Source of the DNA: Phyllosticta citribraziliensis
Lineage: Eukaryota
Length of the DNA stretch: 56,932 nucleotides
Assembly (NCBI RefSeq): GCF_038025025.1
Contig: NW_027117352.1
Span: 682,001-738,932, forward strand
Direction: 5' to 3'
Positions 38,101-51,020 of this stretch are shown here, piece after piece (position 1 is the first letter of the stretch; each line of letters begins with the position of its first letter). The notes beneath the pieces are model-generated. The model had not been told where the DNA came from, ran no database searches, and saw only the letters and a list, made by a program, of their open reading frames with translations. A program made the translations under genes and the position numbers.

Positions 38101-38516
38101 TCTTCAACGCCAAGTACGCGACCAACGGAAGCGTGCGCCTCCGCCTCGCAGTCATTTGTTTGCGCGTCCACCTGGAATTTCGATCACATGTGCATTACGG
38201 CAAGAGCAAAGCTCACGACGCCTTCGAAAACCGCAAAACAAACAACAACAACAACACGTGGACAAGTCCGGGACACTACTTTGACTCGAATCCCGCTGCT
38301 GCAGAGACTCTCCTCGCCATGCCGCGGCACTCGGAGGATCAGGTTGCTCTGGCGCGTCTCAAGCTGGACGACGCCGACGCGAGGGTACTTGGCGGCTGGC
38401 CGAGCGATGAGGAGGTCCACAGGTACTTGCTCCACTTGTCGGGAATGCGAGTGCAACCGGCTAGCCCGCCAGCGGACGAAACGGATCCAAAGCCCGTGTA
38501 CCCGAACTTGATGTAG
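35166..38516 (+). CDS. Large hypothetical protein, possibly mitochondrial helical-repeat (PPR-like); true start uncertain
   Basis: Uninterrupted 1116-codon ORF with helical segments such as YHVMFEKI, LLDRMTSKGVTPSARCLEFIV and WNSVLYGLA. The low-complexity N-terminal ~160-250 aa may be UTR. Confidence 0.65.
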   Translation: MRYLGPTAKPPPPHTDQHHTPPTTSPVYLYTRPFSTPPSLPRISSRRAPNAASEWLCECPSIFSLAGHAFSATHPLNLLNCAPPSVKRYSHAIQLQHCQLLTLNQNHTSPRYPNSPTTRDSWPRLYKCPTRLPLRATHSRATPVSQDTESSTKQPPVRTRGMVGEIPAGRIVHFPIHQDGGTALRGRAFKQAHIRKPSPSEHLVDVLKKAHHLHAVPLKYPNKADLSYYCSSKVPPRGDQPVLVLHPTPKPSMQYFVAEYIRLLCDPAQCNVCDVSISPEVRTWILSKGYAWQDVELWVNILISKSSDDAVSLLRGGYAKGPTPIWVVLFLLRRERLTLGAFRHLLRFSLGRVGLVEYPDGRHQFLEDLTIDEKTVFLLFLRLLRHARDILPSAIAPLTKLITAKINPRNIGTQHSEVPNEQISEAKMIDMRVKLAHIYNKALKLLSLPSAQNPYASAAHQERAQFEILRRIAEYEPPIPVTEDGYRALIRIQLSHVKTERERLWASLKSKGWPPWKEDRTAMDEDILPEDAISRAGKLLRKMGEAGYPATSSDQAASILTGWDLDDSPTIQTRTILYPQAQTSDEAKKSTVLQSPSRPLKEFLDPAIWAARVRSTRTLEEAWACFLAYDVSNAPQDQQVYHVMFEKIVADRRRRRRQRDARHVDVPFHGPEWKAPVPGDSTDVWPVPESYRDRIDPMLKPPDTKELLDRMTSKGVTPSARCLEFIVQTAANYTEALYAIKHFHGPRPSMLPLLKRDVTPEQAAQIPDGIFKAYILLLSRLWYRPLPVRFNVPQHENPLLIHRALDLLSLKKSNDRKCWNSVLYGLAQHGLYDLKDTSTGIMRDAIETMTKLEVELDQEGFGIICKAFNMRATERENNVKARALSKITASEDLLKTTKEIQREWDDHLEHCSADSRYLRTLFNHLVGTEPQKSSEAHGGMQVPIPHIMYRYIRSLGTMYDFEGLLSAAEFLRRNASMFVFNAKYATNGSVRLRLAVICLRVHLEFRSHVHYGKSKAHDAFENRKTNNNNNTWTSPGHYFDSNPAAAETLLAMPRHSEDQVALARLKLDDADARVLGGWPSDEEVHRYLLHLSGMRVQPASPPADETDPKPVYPNLM

Positions 38517-39969
38517 CGCGGATGAAAAGTCAAGGTCCTGGTTGGGCAGCGGGTGGCGTTTGGGACTCGGAGCGGCGGCTGCAGAGTCGTGGAGATCAGC
38601 TCGCCGGAGTACTGCTCACGCGCAGTTGCTTCTACCTTCCACAATCGTGCGCTCGTGGAGGAGAAGAACCAGAGAAACGGGGAGGCCGGAGCTGCGAAAA
38701 GAATACACCGCAAGGCAGGATCAGTGTGAGATGCATCACAGGGCGGTTTTATGATTCAACGGCCACGAAAGCACTCTCGCTCTCAAATGTACAGTACAAA
38801 CCTTGTTTCATCATTCATGTACTTTTTGGCCATGTAGAAGATGCGAATAGAGACCATTTGATGTCATGTCAGCGTTTCTGTGCGTGGCCAGTGTCTCCAT
38901 GCCAGGTCTGCGGCCGCAGGGTGGTGTCGGCCTGCTCTCGATATCGCGGCGCACATGCTGAGTGAGTGTAGCGGGAAGGAAAGAAAGCTGTGCACAGGCG
39001 GTGATTTGGTATTTCGTGCTCCTGTTGATGCAAAGTGGAAATGCAACGCAAATATTACTTCCACCCGTAGGACCACATGAACTTGTTCACTTGTCTATTT
39101 GCTGCATTTCGAAACCGAATTCCCTTTAGTGGACTTCCAGCGCACTCATTTCCTATGGAAGCTTACGCCGCTCCACCTTTGTCAAGGTCGTCCGCGGATA
39201 AGGCGTCGTTGTCTCAACAAGAGTTCGGTATCCCAATCGCACACGATCTTTGCAACCAGCGGTGTAAGAATCAAATACGTGAGTACGTCGTCCGTCTTCG
39301 GGCTCACAGTCATGACAGATGGCGTGTGCCAGTCGGAAAGATCGTAAAAGATTGCCGGCGCGCCGTCCAATCCATTTGAGCAGGTATCATCCATTGTTGT
39401 AGCCCTAAAAAAGGAGGATGCGAGGCTGCAAACACGCCGGCACCGGGCGCAAAGGCAGCGGAAGAGCGCTGCGTAGAATCGGCAAGCCGACGTCCTGGGA
39501 GACGACGCGTCGCGCCTGTCCAGTGACATTTTCAAAGTGGCAGCTCAGAGGAGCTCAAGGAGCGCAGCAACCAATGCTACTCACTTCCCAAAGCCGCGCC
39601 ACAACGTCTAAATTTATTGGCGTCGAGATCTTTCGGACCCCAGGCATGCAGTCAGCGGACAAGGGCCAAAGCGAGCCTCTCTGCTCATTGGAAAGCTTTT
39701 GCTCCATCGCAGTCGCGGATGTTGCAGGCTGATGGGGGCCAGAATGGTGCAAGGCAGCGCCTGGCGAGTGTGGCGCGCCGTCCGTCATCCTACGGCGGCC
39801 CCTATCTAGGCTACCTTCAATGGGGTTGGCGGCTGTGTTGACACGAACGATGCTCGTCCTGTGGATCGCTTCTTGCGCCTGGGTATTTATTCTGGTTGTC
39901 GTCCGCCTTTTTTCTTACGCTGGCGTCGGAATTTTTGATACACACATCAGATATTGCATTCTTGTCGCC

Positions 39970-40790
39970 ATGATGAGTGCCCAACCGCGTTTTGCTTTCT
40001 TCGGTTCCACCGGAGGCTGTGTGGCTGCTGCCCTCGCTTTGGCTTTGAAGTGCGGAAACGCCTGTTCAGCCCGTACGTCTTTGAAGCTCTCATGCACGAC
40101 GAGACAAAATGACTGATACGCGCTGCAGTGGTCCGAAACGAAGAAAAGCTCAAGAAAATGCTTGTCGAACGCGGCGTCGAGGAAGCGACCTTGTCAAAGC
40201 ACCTCCTCATCGTCACCGGCAACATCAAGGACGTCGCAGCAGTCTCAAAGACCCTGAAGCCCGAAGGAGCTCCGTCTGCCGTCGATGTCGCCATTTGTGG
40301 CGTTGGCAGCTTGCCCGTCTTCAAGCCCAACCCGCTCAAGCCCACGCTCGAGGATCCGACCATTTGCCAGGATGCGACCAAAACCATTTTGGAAGCTGCC
40401 CGCGCGGTGGGTGGTCAGCCGCATTTGCTTGTCATCAGCAGCGCCGGGCTCACCGATAAGGGTCGCGACGTCCCTCTCGTCATGGCCCCCCTCTACTACT
40501 GGCTGCTAGCGGTTCCGCATGCCGACAAGAAGGCGATGGAAAAGCTGATCGAGGCCGATTTTGCAAAGCCAGCTTCTGAAAGAGCCATTAAAGGGTACAC
40601 GATCGTGAGACCAACTTTCTTCACCGATGGCCCGAGCTGCGGACTTGACAGTGTCAGAGTGGGCAGTGAGGAAGAACCCGCTATTGGATACACCGTTAGC
40701 AGGAATGATGTTGGCCTATGGGTCTTCGAGAACGCTGTCAAGAAAGCCCAGGAGCTGGACGGAGGAAAGGTTGTTTACATCACCTACTAA
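39970..40790 (+). CDS. Atypical SDR / NAD(P)-binding protein (biliverdin reductase B / NAD_binding_10-like); intron 40073-40128
   Basis: AFFGSTGGC nucleotide-binding start, L|VRNEEKL, ISSAG, HADKKAME, TIVRP and GYTVSRNDVG. Confidence 0.85.
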
Positions 40791-40995
40791 GGCGGCGAGT
40801 TGCTGGTCCGGGGCCTGGTAGGGAAACCGTTGCACGTACAGCCCTTTGGCAGTTCTCTTTGTCCACTTTGACTAGGATTTCGAATGTCCGTGGACAATGG
40901 AACAACTTGTGTCCGCGCGTCTTCTGCAATATGAATTTTTCCAACCTTCTGTCGTGAGTGCGACAAGGCTTTCGGAAACGAGTCTGGTCATGATT

Positions 40996-43563
40996 TTACA
41001 GAGCGGTTCCAGCTGTCGTTGTCAAGTCGATATCCCATCCATCAAGGTCTTGAGAGGAGAAGAAGTCGAGGCTGCCCAATCCTCCAGTAACCTGCAGCAG
41101 TCAGACAGGGCCGTGTTTCGGCTCGATCAAGACTTACCAGTGAGTCGAATTGACCCCAGTCGGGAAACTCGGCAATGTCGCTGGTGCTGCCGTCTAATGG
41201 CGAAAACTGATTACTCTGCAGTTGACCGAGGGCACCAATTTCTGCATTATGGTTGGGGTTTCTGCTGCCGCCGTTGAAGTGGCCGTTCGTTGCACCTGGC
41301 CCTGTTTCCATTCCCGCAAGATCTTGATTTTCCCCAGGCCCTGAAGTTCCATTCGTAGCTAAGACCTGCTCTCGACTGGCCAGATAATTGTTGTACCTCA
41401 AGATTTCAAGACGGAGCTCTTCCAGTACCACACCATATCTTTCTGCCAGCGATCCAGGGATGGATATTTCAGAAATCTGACCCTGACACTTCTTCCCCGC
41501 ATCGAAGAGTCGCTCGTAAAGTTGGGGATGAGAGTTTTGTTCTTGAATGGTAAACACGTAGAGAACCATGACGGCACAGAATGCGAAATAATGCGTAAAC
41601 TGAGAGTTGTCAGTCGGGCATCTTCGGGGTTTCGGAATGGAGGCCACTCACCCAAAATGTGCTCTGCATCTGGCCAGTTGTGCTCATTTTGTCAACGTGG
41701 TTGACGATATTCATAGCAGCATCAATACACTGTTGGATATGGCCGGAAGGATGGTGCCTGTCCGAAGCTCTATCTTCAGTGGAGGTTTGGGTCGTCAAGT
41801 TTGCAAGATTTCTCAAGAGGAATGGCCTTCGGATGAGAATCTGCGCATGCCAGTAGGCGAGGTTGAGCACGTTACGCTGCCTGAGGAAGATCGGCAAGAC
41901 GAAAGAGTCATCAAAGCCACCATCGAGGATGTACGAAGTTCTCTTGCGCCATTCAGCAAGTGCTTTGTCGTTCTTGTCTGCGAGAAATTGCTGCCTTTCG
42001 CGGCTCAGCGGTTTGATCCCGTACAAATCGCGGAGGATCGATGCCATGATTCTTGACAATCTGGCGCTAGTCAGCCCAAGTCCTCCCACTATCAAGAGTA
42101 CTTACTCAATGTGTGCAATGCATCCGGACATTATGGAGAGAGACTTGGCCGGCACTGGGCGTATTTCTCGACGGCGCAGGTCGAAATCATTCACAGAAGT
42201 CGGCAAGTCCTGGAAAATTTCAAGTTAGAGCTGCAATTGCCGGCATTCGTGAATCTTACCTGATCAATGTCCTCGTCATGAAAAGTTCTTGGACGGCCCA
42301 AGGCGACGCTGAGGTACGTGTCCAGGTTGTAGGCATTCCAGAACGTCCGCTTTCTGCACTCGGCTTCGATGTAGTTTGCGGAGAAATTTGGGTCAGGCCT
42401 CCTTTTCCTGTGCATCCCAAGCGCCAGCACAAGATGAGCTGTCGTGCCGAACAAGCTCCAGCAGTGGTTGATGCGGGATTGGGCCAAGAGGTAAAGACAC
42501 TGGGCGAGTCGAGCTTGGACACTGGTCAGTCGGATGCTTCCTTTTTCTCCCGAGAGTTGCTGCTCTGCCGCAGAAAAGAATCGAGCACCGGAAGAAAATC
42601 AGCGGGCCGACTTTGCAAGTAAGGGCAGATGTGTGTACCTGGATCGAGCATTCTGCTCCCTAGTCCCAGACTTGGAGAAGATCATTGCCTGCGCAAAGAC
42701 CATGAGAAGCACGGCGGTTCGGCTTCTCTTGTCAGACCTTTTTCTCATTTCTCCGTGAGTGTCGTAGAGCTCTTGAAACCAGTCTTCGATGGTGTTTCGA
42801 TGCAAGAATCGGTGGGTAGGTGCGGCAAAGTCAAAGTACCTCGCCATCAAGGCTCTTCCCTCAGACTCGGCGGGAAGAATGAATAGAGAAGGGTCGTGGT
42901 CGGGCAAAGGGAGATCGCCAAAGGTAAAGATGGAAGAGTCGGAAGAGACGGATGAACGCTGACGCTCGACAGTTCGTTGAATTCGAAGCAGGATGGAAGC
43001 TGCCGAGGAGGGCCCAACGTAGTGGCCTTGCTGGTCATTTTGCGAAGGATCTTGAAAGTCGTCAGGTGGTCTGGATCTTGAAGATCGATCGCGCTCGCTC
43101 TCGGGCTGCTGAGATGGGTCATGGTCAAGCGAAGTGGAACGGTAGACATGGTCGTCGTCACCAGTATTTGTGCCGGGGCTGGCTTGTGCAATGAGCGCAG
43201 ATTCGGCCGCTCCGTAATGAATTGGAGGCAGTCTCCCTCGTCTGTATGTTGCGTTGTATTTACATTCAAGTCCTGATTGGGAGCAGTTGTTACACGGCCA
43301 CGTTCCTGAGCAGCGAGTTTTGCGCCTGCGACTGGAGGTCAACAGCCAACACTGCAACCTCGACCGGTGGAGTAGACGCACAGCTTGCACCGATCACATG
43401 CCCTGGTGACCCTGACTCTGACAGAACTCTTGCGGCGCTTGGCTGGCGGTGGAGTGTTTGCAGTCTTGGCGCGCGCATCCGACTCCTCAATCTGGCCAGC
43501 AGACGAGGGCTCGGCGACGTCGGAAATATTGTGTCGCGATTCCATGGACGAAGGCGTCGACAT
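40996..43563 (-). CDS. Zn(II)2Cys6 transcription factor with fungal-specific (Fungal_trans) middle domain; 7 exons; intron 2 acceptor is non-canonical (possible pseudo-allele)
   Basis: RVTRACDRCKL|RKTRCSGTWPCNNCSQSGLEC, HYVGPSS, YFDFAAPTHRFLH, LGMHRK, RTFWNAYNLDTYLSVALGRP, and ILIRRPFL. Introns 43326-43381, 42588-42638, 42210-42259, 42061-42105, 41600-41651 and 41092-41137. Stop TAA at 40996-98. Confidence 0.85.
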
Positions 43564-44021
43564 TGAGAATGCAGAGATGGACTGCGGTGGTGGTGAAGGT
43601 TTCGGAAAAAGTCGATGGACGCTGGGCGTGTTGGTACTTTTCCGCGCTTTGTCATCAGCGGCGCACAGGCCGACGCGTTTCTCCCCGCCCGACGCGCTGC
43701 ATTTATCCGGACACCCACTCCACTCCCCACGCCCACCCCACCATCGCCGTCTCCCTCTGCTCTCCGCATCTCCATCTGCCGAATTCGACGACTCCCATTT
43801 GCCCAACATGCGTCCGCTGTCGGCGCTGCTGCCCATGGATCTAGCCACTGGACGCTGCTCAAAGTCATGCGCCTCAGGCCCGTTGCCGTTGCCGCTGCCG
43901 TTGCCGTTCCACTCGCGCCCTCGCCGGAACACCCACCACGAATGTTCACCACCATCAGGATGATCAAGAGATTGGGGAGACAAATTTCATTCACTCGCGA
44001 TTGATTGCTACCGGAGCGCAT

Positions 44022-45178
<1,157 letters not shown>

Positions 45179-45370
45179 TTTGAATGCGGACAAAGAAAAT
45201 GGTTTTGGGGACGAGAGGCCAAGCTTTCAATCTTTCAGGACTGGGAACCGCGAGAGATGGTGCGGCTACTTTTCTGTAGGTACTCGTCAACTTATATTGA
45301 CCTGCTGGTGGGGCCCAAATTGCTCATGCGCGATTGCGTGTGAAGTCGCCGACAGCACGGGATCCAAGGT

Positions 45371-45419
45371 CCGATTCGGCCCATTGTGCTTTTCCGAGCG
45401 CTTTTCCAGTGCTTTTCCG
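45371..45419. promoter_or_regulatory. Candidate Zn2Cys6 binding array in the AKR / NRPS-like divergent promoter
   Basis: CCG-N3-CGG at 45371-79 followed by three GCTTTTCC copies (45388, 45400, 45411), two of them ending in CCG. Confidence 0.35.
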
Positions 45420-45603
45420 TCACCCACGAGCCTCTGGCACATGGCAACCTTCCAATCGCGGCAGAGATGCTCAGAAGGCTTTCACATTCAACACAATTGA
45501 CGCATCTTATAATACGCCCTCCGCGTTCTGGTCAAGCCGCCTATTGTTTGAGTTTTATCCAAAGTCTTTTCGTTGACCCTCCGTCACGTCCATCGACTCC
45601 AAG

Positions 45604-48600
45604 ATGACTGCCACACTTGCTCAGAAGAGCGTCCCTTTACCTTATCAAGATGATGCTCGAAACAGTTCTGCGGAGGAAGGCCAACTCAATTGCATCAATG
45701 ACCTCATCCTCCACAAAGCGAGAACGGTGCCAAACACACCGATGATTGCGTATCCCGCATCTAAGGACGGTGGCAGCCTGTTGTTGGAGTACACTTCCCG
45801 AGACATCGATCTGTTCGTCGATGCGGTGGCAAAGAAACTCGACAATCTCGGTCTCAAACCTCAGGTACTCCTCTGATTCCTGTCCCGCCACAAATTCTGA
45901 GTGTTTGCAGAAACAAAAGAGCGACCAAAGCGAAGTCGTCGCCTTGATTGGGCCTTCAAACCTCGACTATGTCATATCGCTTCTCGCTCTCTCCCGCATG
46001 GGATTCGCCGTCCTTTTCTTGTCGACGCGCCTCCACACGGAGGCCTACGTCTCACTGCTGCAGAAGACCGATTGTTTGAAGATTGTCGCCTCGGACAAGT
46101 TCTCTTCGGTCATCGAAAGCGTCCAAGCAGTCCGTACGCTCCAGAAATTCCCCCTTCTGGATCTTTCAACGTACAGAACGAGAAGTCAGACAGAGCCAAG
46201 GTTCCAAAGGTCAACTGAGTTGGTCAACGAGGAGGACTGCATCTCCTTCATTGTGCACTCTTCCGGCTCAACCGGGCTCCCCAAGCCGATTTTCCAAACA
46301 CATCGATCTTGCCTGTCCAATTACGCTCTCGGCAGTGGAATGCGAGCATTTGTGACCCTGCCTCTCTTCCACAACCACGGGCTGGCAACAACATTCCGGG
46401 GCATCGTCGCAAACAAGCGGACCGTCTTGTACAATGCCGAACTTCCCCTGACAAACGCGAACCTCGTGACCGCCATGGAGCTGGCGGACCCGGAGAGCTT
46501 CAACGGTGTACCCTATGCTCTCAAGGTCCTCTCCGAATCAGAAGAAGGCATCTCCGCCCTTAGAAAATGCAAGTTGGTACTTTTTGGGGGCAGTAGTTGC
46601 CCAGACGAGCTCGGCGACAAGCTTGTCAATGCCAGAGTGTACCTCGTGGGGCACTACGGAGCGTAAGTGAGCCAAAGACTGTGGAAAGGTGCCCATCTGA
46701 CATGTCGCAGAACCGAGATGGGACAGCTGATGACTTCCCTGCGAGACCCGGCGGACAAATCTTGGAATTACGTGCGACCGCTGCCCAAGGTCAAGCCTTT
46801 CTTGCGATTTGTTCCCATCGGCGAAGGAATGTACGAATGTGTCGTCCTTGATGGCCTGCCATCGAAGGTCATGTCGAACTCGGACGACCCTCCAAACTCT
46901 TACCACACAAGAGACACTTTCACCCCACACCCCACCATCCCAGACGCCTGGAAGTATCAGGGCCGCCTCGACGATCGCATCACGCTGTTCAACGGCGAAA
47001 AGGTGCTGCCAATTCCGTATGAGAATCAAGTCCGACAAAACGAATTCATCAGCGACTGTCTTGTCTTTGGCGTTGGAATGGCTTTCCCCGGCCTCTTGGT
47101 TTTCCCAAGTGACAGCACAGACGGGATGAGCAAATCCGAGATTTTGGAGCGAATTGCACCCGCGGTTGAGCTTGCCAACAGTCGCGCCGAGAAGTTTGGG
47201 TACATCTCCCCGGAAATGATTGAGATCATGGACCGCGGAATCGAGTACCCTCGCACCGATAAAGGCACCATCATCAGGGCAGCTTGCTACAAGAGGTTCG
47301 CAGACGTAATCGACGCTGTCTACCACCGCTTTGAAAACCCCGACGCTGCGGATGAAGGCAGCGGCCGCGTTCTGGACCAACAGGGCATGGAAGATTATCT
47401 GCTGGACCTTTTCACCCGGCGCCTAGGAATCGAGGGTATCTCGGCGGAAGCAGACCTGTTCGAAGCCGGAACCGACAGCCTTCAATCTCTGCGAGCGCGC
47501 AGCTACATGATGCACGACCTCTTCCTCGCGGGCAAGATTCTCGAGCAGAATGTTGTCTTCGAGCATCCATCTGTCGCGAACCTGGCTCGGTATCTCAGCT
47601 CCCTGACCACAGGCACCAAGATTGACCGGAAAGACGAGGTGAAGGAGATGAAGGAGCTCATCGCCAAGTACTCTTCATTCCCATCATTTTCTCCTGGGAA
47701 GGAAGTCCCTGACGGAGAAGTGGTACTCCTCACTGGCGCCACTGGGACTCTGGGAGCGCACATTCTGTCGCAGCTTGCTCAGGTTCCGCATGTGCGAGCC
47801 ATTTTCTGTCTGGTCCGCGCGAACTCTGAATCTGCCGCAATGGACCGCGTCACGTCCAGCCTTGGTGCGAAGAAGCTTCTGCCTTTGCCAAACGACAAAA
47901 GGATTGTGGCCCTTCCGAGCGACCTCAGCAGGCCTGACCTCGGCCTTCAACCAGAGATTTTTTCCCTCCTGCAGTCGACCGTCACTACCGTCATACACAG
48001 CGCCTGGGCAGTCAACTTCAACCTCGGAGTCTCCAGCTTCGAAAACCATCACATTCGCGGGACTTGGAACTTGCTCCGCCTTTGCCACTCTGTGCCATTC
48101 GCTCGTCCGGCTCGCTTCTCTTTCGTTTCTTCTGTCTCAGCCGCTGCCGGCACCCCTGCTCCTGCCGTGGTTCCAGAAGCTCTTGTCGCAAAACCAGAAC
48201 ATGCGCAGAAAATGGGCTATGCGCGGTCCAAGCTTGTCACAGAGCATGTCATTCGCGCAGCCGCCGCAGCCACCGGGCAGCAAGCCAGAGTCTTGCGCAC
48301 AGGGCAGATTGTCTTTGACACCTCGAACGGGCTTTGGAACCAAACCGAAGCCATTCCGCTCATGATTCGAGCAGCGACCACGATCGGGGCCCTTCCAAGT
48401 CTGGACGAGACACCCAGCTGGCTACCTGTGGACAAATGCGCGGCGGCCATTCTGCAGCTCTCGGGCGTCGAGATTCCCTTTGTCGACGCAATTAACGCCG
48501 ACAGCTACGACCCCGATGTTGTGTTCCACGTCCAGAACCCCAAGACTTTCCGCTGGACGGATGATCTTCTTCCTGCCCTCAGAGACGCCGGCCTGAGCTT

Positions 48601-48862
48601 TGAGACTGTCGCGCAGCGCGAGTGGGTGCGCCTGCTGCGCGAGTGCAAGCAGGACCCTCAGAAGAACCCGACGCTCAAGCTGATCGACTTCTTCGCCGAC
48701 AAGTATGACAATGACCGCCCGGGACGGAAGGGATTGGTGTTCAGCACGGAGAAGACGGCGGAGCGGTCGCAGGTCATCAGGGACGGTGTTGATGCCATCG
48801 GAGGCGGGCTCATCGCCAAATGCGTTCGGGCTTGGAGGGAGACTTGGGATTCCGCTGCTTGA
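45604..48862 (+). CDS. NRPS-like A-T-R enzyme (fungal carboxylic acid reductase type), 1054 aa; introns 45865-45910 and 46663-46710
   Basis: A domain HSSGSTGLPKPI, YGA|TEMG, YHTRDTF, GRLDD and PRTDKGT. T domain LFEAGTDSLQ with Ser at 47477. R domain LTGATGTLG, HSAWAVNF and GYARSK. No condensation domain. Confidence 0.93.
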
Positions 48863-49293
48863 TCGTGGCGACCGTGGTGAGTGCTGTTTCGCTGTACATT
48901 GAGATTAAAAATGAGCTTGCTGGAGGCTGTTTTGCTTGGGCGCATTGTTTTTGGTGAGAGACAGGCTCCTGGAACAGAATACTGATGTGGTAATGAACTT
49001 TGTTGTCCAAAAACCCAAATGCGCGATCCCGACTGCCGCAAATTGTGATCATTCACGGGCCCTGGGAAAGATGGGGAACACGCAGTGACAACTGTAAAGC
49101 TCAACACAGTGAGCCTGAAATAAATGACACTGTCGGGACCATGTGCAGCAGTGGACGAATGCTGCTGGATAAAACTCAAGTAGCAATAATTCCAAGCTCT
49201 CTAGGCGCAAATATGGAAACAAATGACAGCCCCCTAACACTATCTGAAGATACAAATGAATGCTCCTTGGGTACAAGCGTAAGAGAAATAACC

Positions 49294-49817
49294 TCATCTT
49301 CCAGGCACAGCAAGACGGGAAGAACTGCTGCGCCGGCCCAGTTGAGCTAATTTTGAGCGTGAAACCTCTTCGCTTAGCTTGTCCGGGTTCCAGATCGGGT
49401 ATCCGGTCTTGTCATTGATCACGTCGTCACGAGTGACGCGACCTTTTGCAACCGACTTTGTGATCTTGTACGGGGGTTTCACTCCGTCAGTGTTTCCGTG
49501 GAGTGTCTGAAAGACACGATCGGCTTTCTGCTGCGGGTTCTTGATTGAGATAGTAATGTGCGGGACGGTAGATACGTAATCGCCGCGAACGCTTGTTGTG
49601 CTGTGAGGAATTGCCCTATCATGGTGGATGATCAGAGTCCAAGTCCGAGTCCGAGTGTCCATTGGCTTTGTGAAGCATACCGAATGTTGATCTCGACAAC
49701 GTCACTGTCAACCTCCATGGCGGCAATATAGGCCGCACCCATCAAGTTGTCTCGTTCGTCTTTGCGTCTCGGGCGGTTGCAAGTCCAGATAACTTTGATT
49801 GTTTCTCCGTCTGACAT
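49294..49817 (-). CDS. Small orphan/uncharacterised protein (152 aa, 2 exons; intron 49616-49680)
   Basis: A GTATGC..CTGAT..TAG intron joins the 61-aa and 122-aa ORFs in frame (INIR|AIPHSTT...PHITISIK...TLHGNT). Confidence 0.65.
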
Positions 49818-51020
49818 GGTGATACTCTCGCAGAGGCTGGATGGAGCAATGAATCGATGCGGGTGTGAAAAGTGATGATTTTCTAAAGACGAATGAGGTA
49901 CAAAATTCCAGCTTCCTTTATACGATGTGGAAATCTACCTGAGAAGTCATACACCCTGTCTCATGTGCCCTGTCTCTTGTAAAAGGGAATATGAATGGAG
50001 CGTTAAGACCCCAGAGCGACACTGTGCCTTCACGCAGTCACCCGCATTCGCGCTCGGTCTGTGAGCTCGAATCTCAACCTTCGCCGCTTAAGAGCACGTC
50101 CTGGTTTGACCAATCAACTACTGTAAGTTTCTTTGACTGCGCCTAGCCAGCGACGCCATAATGGGCGCCGAAGCGGCTGCACACAGGGAGCATTCTTCCA
50201 CCACTATATAGTTACACCCAGAGTGTTTTTGGCTGCTATCCAGTCATGGTTAGGGATCACTACAGTCAGAATAAAGAAGCATCGTTTCTCTTGACACTTA
50301 AAGTCACGCTGCTTCGCAGATACAGTTGACACTACGGAACGCGCGGTGAAGCACACCCGTAAAACACGACACTTGCGAGGCACAGTTCAGTCTGGAACGT
50401 GTTTAATCAGCGCTAATGGCATGCATGGTCCCGAGAACAGAGCTCTTGGGTTTGTGATTGGCATTTGGTGTAAGCGCTTCGGTCGACCTTGATCTCATGT
50501 CACGTTGTTGACATGAGCGGCCGCGGCAGCGCGGTGAAGTGGGAGCCCACAAGGAGAACCAATGGCTCATTTTAGTAGAAACCCCGAGCATGGAGAAATA
50601 AGTGCTGACTTGCACAGTCCTGGGATACGTGTTGACCTGCAGCGCGGCGCAGCGCAGCGCTTATCGCTTGTTATGGTGTGGTTCGTCCCGGTCGCACCGC
50701 TCCTCTGACGACAACAAACATCGGGCCGAATCGCCCGCCCCCCAACCCCCCACCCGACGGCACTTGTGTCTCAACCCGACCTACGCTTCGCCTCTCTGTG
50801 CCTCCATCCCCCAGGCCAAGCACGCTCCCCGCCTCATCGAATTTGCGATGCAAGACACATCTACTTGTGCTTTGTAAACCTGCGAGCAAACAGCTTGCCC
50901 GTCTCGGTTCTCTTTTCGCATTCTTCCACACTCTTTTCCCTGTCTCGCAACAGCAGGAGTACTCACCCTCGCGCGCTTCGACGGCCACCAACATCAACTC
51001 ACCTTCGGGCAGGCTCTACT

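Noticed and set aside
38522..39900. Short ORFs between the large hypothetical gene and the NAD(P)-binding gene (likewise 19313-19923, 29503-30500, 50403-51000)
   Set aside because: No coding bias, motifs or coherent splice structure; treated as UTR or intergenic.
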